Below, piece after piece: positions 62,886 to 64,000 of a DNA stretch of 64,000 bases. Position 1 is the first letter of the stretch, and each line of letters begins with the position of its first letter. Origin of the DNA: Caulobacterales bacterium (GTDB lineage Bacteria; Pseudomonadota; Alphaproteobacteria; Caulobacterales; Aquidulcibacteraceae); assembly GCA_044226655.1 (NCBI GenBank), contig JBGAGO010000004.1, forward strand, positions 16,644 through 80,643, written 5' to 3'. Position numbers and translations under genes: made by a program. Below the pieces are notes generated by a model. The model was not told the DNA's origin, did not search any database, and saw nothing but the letters and a program-made list of their open reading frames with translations.

Positions 62886-64000
62886 TCAGCGCTTCAGATC
62901 GCGCAGGATTTCGCGCGCCGCATTGTGTCCCGGCGCGCCGGTGACGCCGCCGCCGGGATGGGTTCCCGCGCCGCACAGATAAAGTCCGCCGATCGGCGCA
63001 CGATAATCGCCATGGCCCAGCACCGGCCGCGCCGAGAACATCTGATCGAGGCTGAGCGCGCCGTGGAATATGTCGCCGCCGACCAGGCCGAACTTGCGTT
63101 CAAGATCGAGCGGCGAATGCACTTGGCGCGCGATCACGGACTTGGCGAAGCCCGGCGCGAAGCCATCGACGGTCGCGATCATCAGGTCGGCGACTTCCTC
63201 GCGATGATCGTCCCAGCTGGCGCCGTTCGGCAGAACCGGCGCCACGTGCTGGCAGAAGAGGCTTGCGACATGCTGGCCGGGCGGGGCGAGTGAATCGTCC
63301 AGCGTCGAGGGGATGAGCATCTCCACGATGGGCGCTTTCGACCAGCCGCCGGCGCGCGCATCCATGTAAGCGCGCTCCATGTAGACGAGGCTCGGCGCCA
63401 TGATGATCCCGGCCGTGAGATGATCGCCCGCCTGCGGCTTTGCGGTGAAGCGCGGCAGCTCGGAGAGCGCAACATTCATGCGGAACGTGCCCGAACCGCT
63501 GCGATAGCGCGTCAGGCGTTCGCGAAAGTCCGCGGCCAGGCTCTCCGGATCGATCAGCTTTTCGAAGGTGAGCTTCGGATGGAGGTTCGAGACCACGGCG
63601 CGCGCGCGAAACACATCGCCCGTCTCCGTCACGGCGCCCATTGCGCGGCCGTGCTCAACCAGAATCTCCGCGACGCCCGCATTGCGATGAATATCGACGC
63701 CGCGCTCATGGCAGCACGCCGCCATGGCCTGCGTGATCGCGCCCATGCCGCCAATGGCGTGGCCCCACGCGCCCTTGTTGCCGTTCACCTCGCCGAACAC
63801 GTGATGCAGCAGCACATAGGCCGAGCCCGCCGCATAGGGGCTCGCGTAATTGCCGACCACGCCATCGAAGCCCAGCACCGCTTTGATCGGATCGCTCTCG
63901 AACCACGAGTCCAGCCAATCGCCCGCGCTCTTGGTGAAGAAATCCAGCAGATCGCGCTTCTGCGTCAGATCGAGGCCCGTGAGCTTGCCGGCGATGCGCG
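62886..64000 (-). CDS. phytoene-desaturase-family (CrtI-like) FAD-dependent oxidoreductase, 5' end outside the window
   Basis: C-terminal motif (LYLCGAGTHPGGGVTGAPG). The frame stays open from 63878 to the window edge (…RIAGKLTGLDLTQKRDLLDFFTKSAGDWLDSWFESDPIKAVLGFDG). Confidence 0.8.
   Translation of the reverse strand, partial: RIAGKLTGLDLTQKRDLLDFFTKSAGDWLDSWFESDPIKAVLGFDGVVGNYASPYAAGSAYVLLHHVFGEVNGNKGAWGHAIGGMGAITQAMAACCHERGVDIHRNAGVAEILVEHGRAMGAVTETGDVFRARAVVSNLHPKLTFEKLIDPESLAADFRERLTRYRSGSGTFRMNVALSELPRFTAKPQAGDHLTAGIIMAPSLVYMERAYMDARAGGWSKAPIVEMLIPSTLDDSLAPPGQHVASLFCQHVAPVLPNGASWDDHREEVADLMIATVDGFAPGFAKSVIARQVHSPLDLERKFGLVGGDIFHGALSLDQMFSARPVLGHGDYRAPIGGLYLCGAGTHPGGGVTGAPGHNAAREILRDLKR

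Overview
This is a visibly high-GC segment (roughly two-thirds G+C by eye, not computed) that looks like core chromosome of a Rhizobiales-type alphaproteobacterium. The hallmarks are a PodJ-like polarity factor, a TauE + TIGR02186 pair, an Lhr/PdeM damage-response pair, an SAH riboswitch before ahcY, and Rhizobiales-style palindromic intergenic repeats. I can support about 62 protein-coding genes, one tRNA-Arg(ACG), one SAH riboswitch, three intrinsic terminators and three families of palindromic repeats. I saw no rRNA, CRISPR array, integrase or transposase.

Most content is housekeeping or metabolic:
- dcm-vsr (dcm is 5'-truncated by the window edge), a hybrid sensor kinase with degenerate phosphorelay residues, and an OmpA lipoprotein.
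- Two convergent SRPBCC genes, and an acyl-CoA dehydrogenase with a MerR regulator.
- podJ, tauE/TIGR02186, lhr-pdeM, mscS, and a TetR-esterase-quinone oxidoreductase operon.
- Thiolase and enoyl-CoA hydratase, frmA, and a tightly overlapped moaA-moaD-moaE-moaB-moaC-moeA-glxK operon.
- ahcY, ahpC-ahpD and metK on one strand, hsp20-lon, an APC permease, and a Rieske oxygenase.
- A fused double CoA-transferase, DUF1343/NamZ, cspA, a TauD-family dioxygenase, a YciI-ECF sigma-YciI cluster, an M23 peptidase, and a CrtI-like oxidoreductase truncated at the right edge.

Items worth a second look:
1. The 48.3-53.4 kb cluster of unknown function. A Sec-signal protein is translationally coupled to a helical-repeat + trypsin-like protease. 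It is convergent with a leaderless endolysin-like SH3b/PG-binding/M15 peptidase, which is divergent from a 445-aa multi-TM protein.
2. Two tandem paralogous mini-ORFs (34 and 29 codons) next to tRNA-Arg. They share the tail PVL..HQAAQIVA, and that tail differs between the copies only at synonymous sites.
3. Four copies of a composite palindromic element. Two carry a DUF559 endonuclease gene in the centre and two are empty.
4. A decayed duplicate of the enoyl-CoA hydratase 3' end, which brackets a ~1 kb insert carrying DUF2834 and a 36-codon membrane mini-ORF.
5. A ~0.5 kb low-GC single-gene islet fused by ATGA overlap to the DUF1343 gene.

The many long antisense ORFs in the supplied track are GC-driven shadow frames and are rejected.
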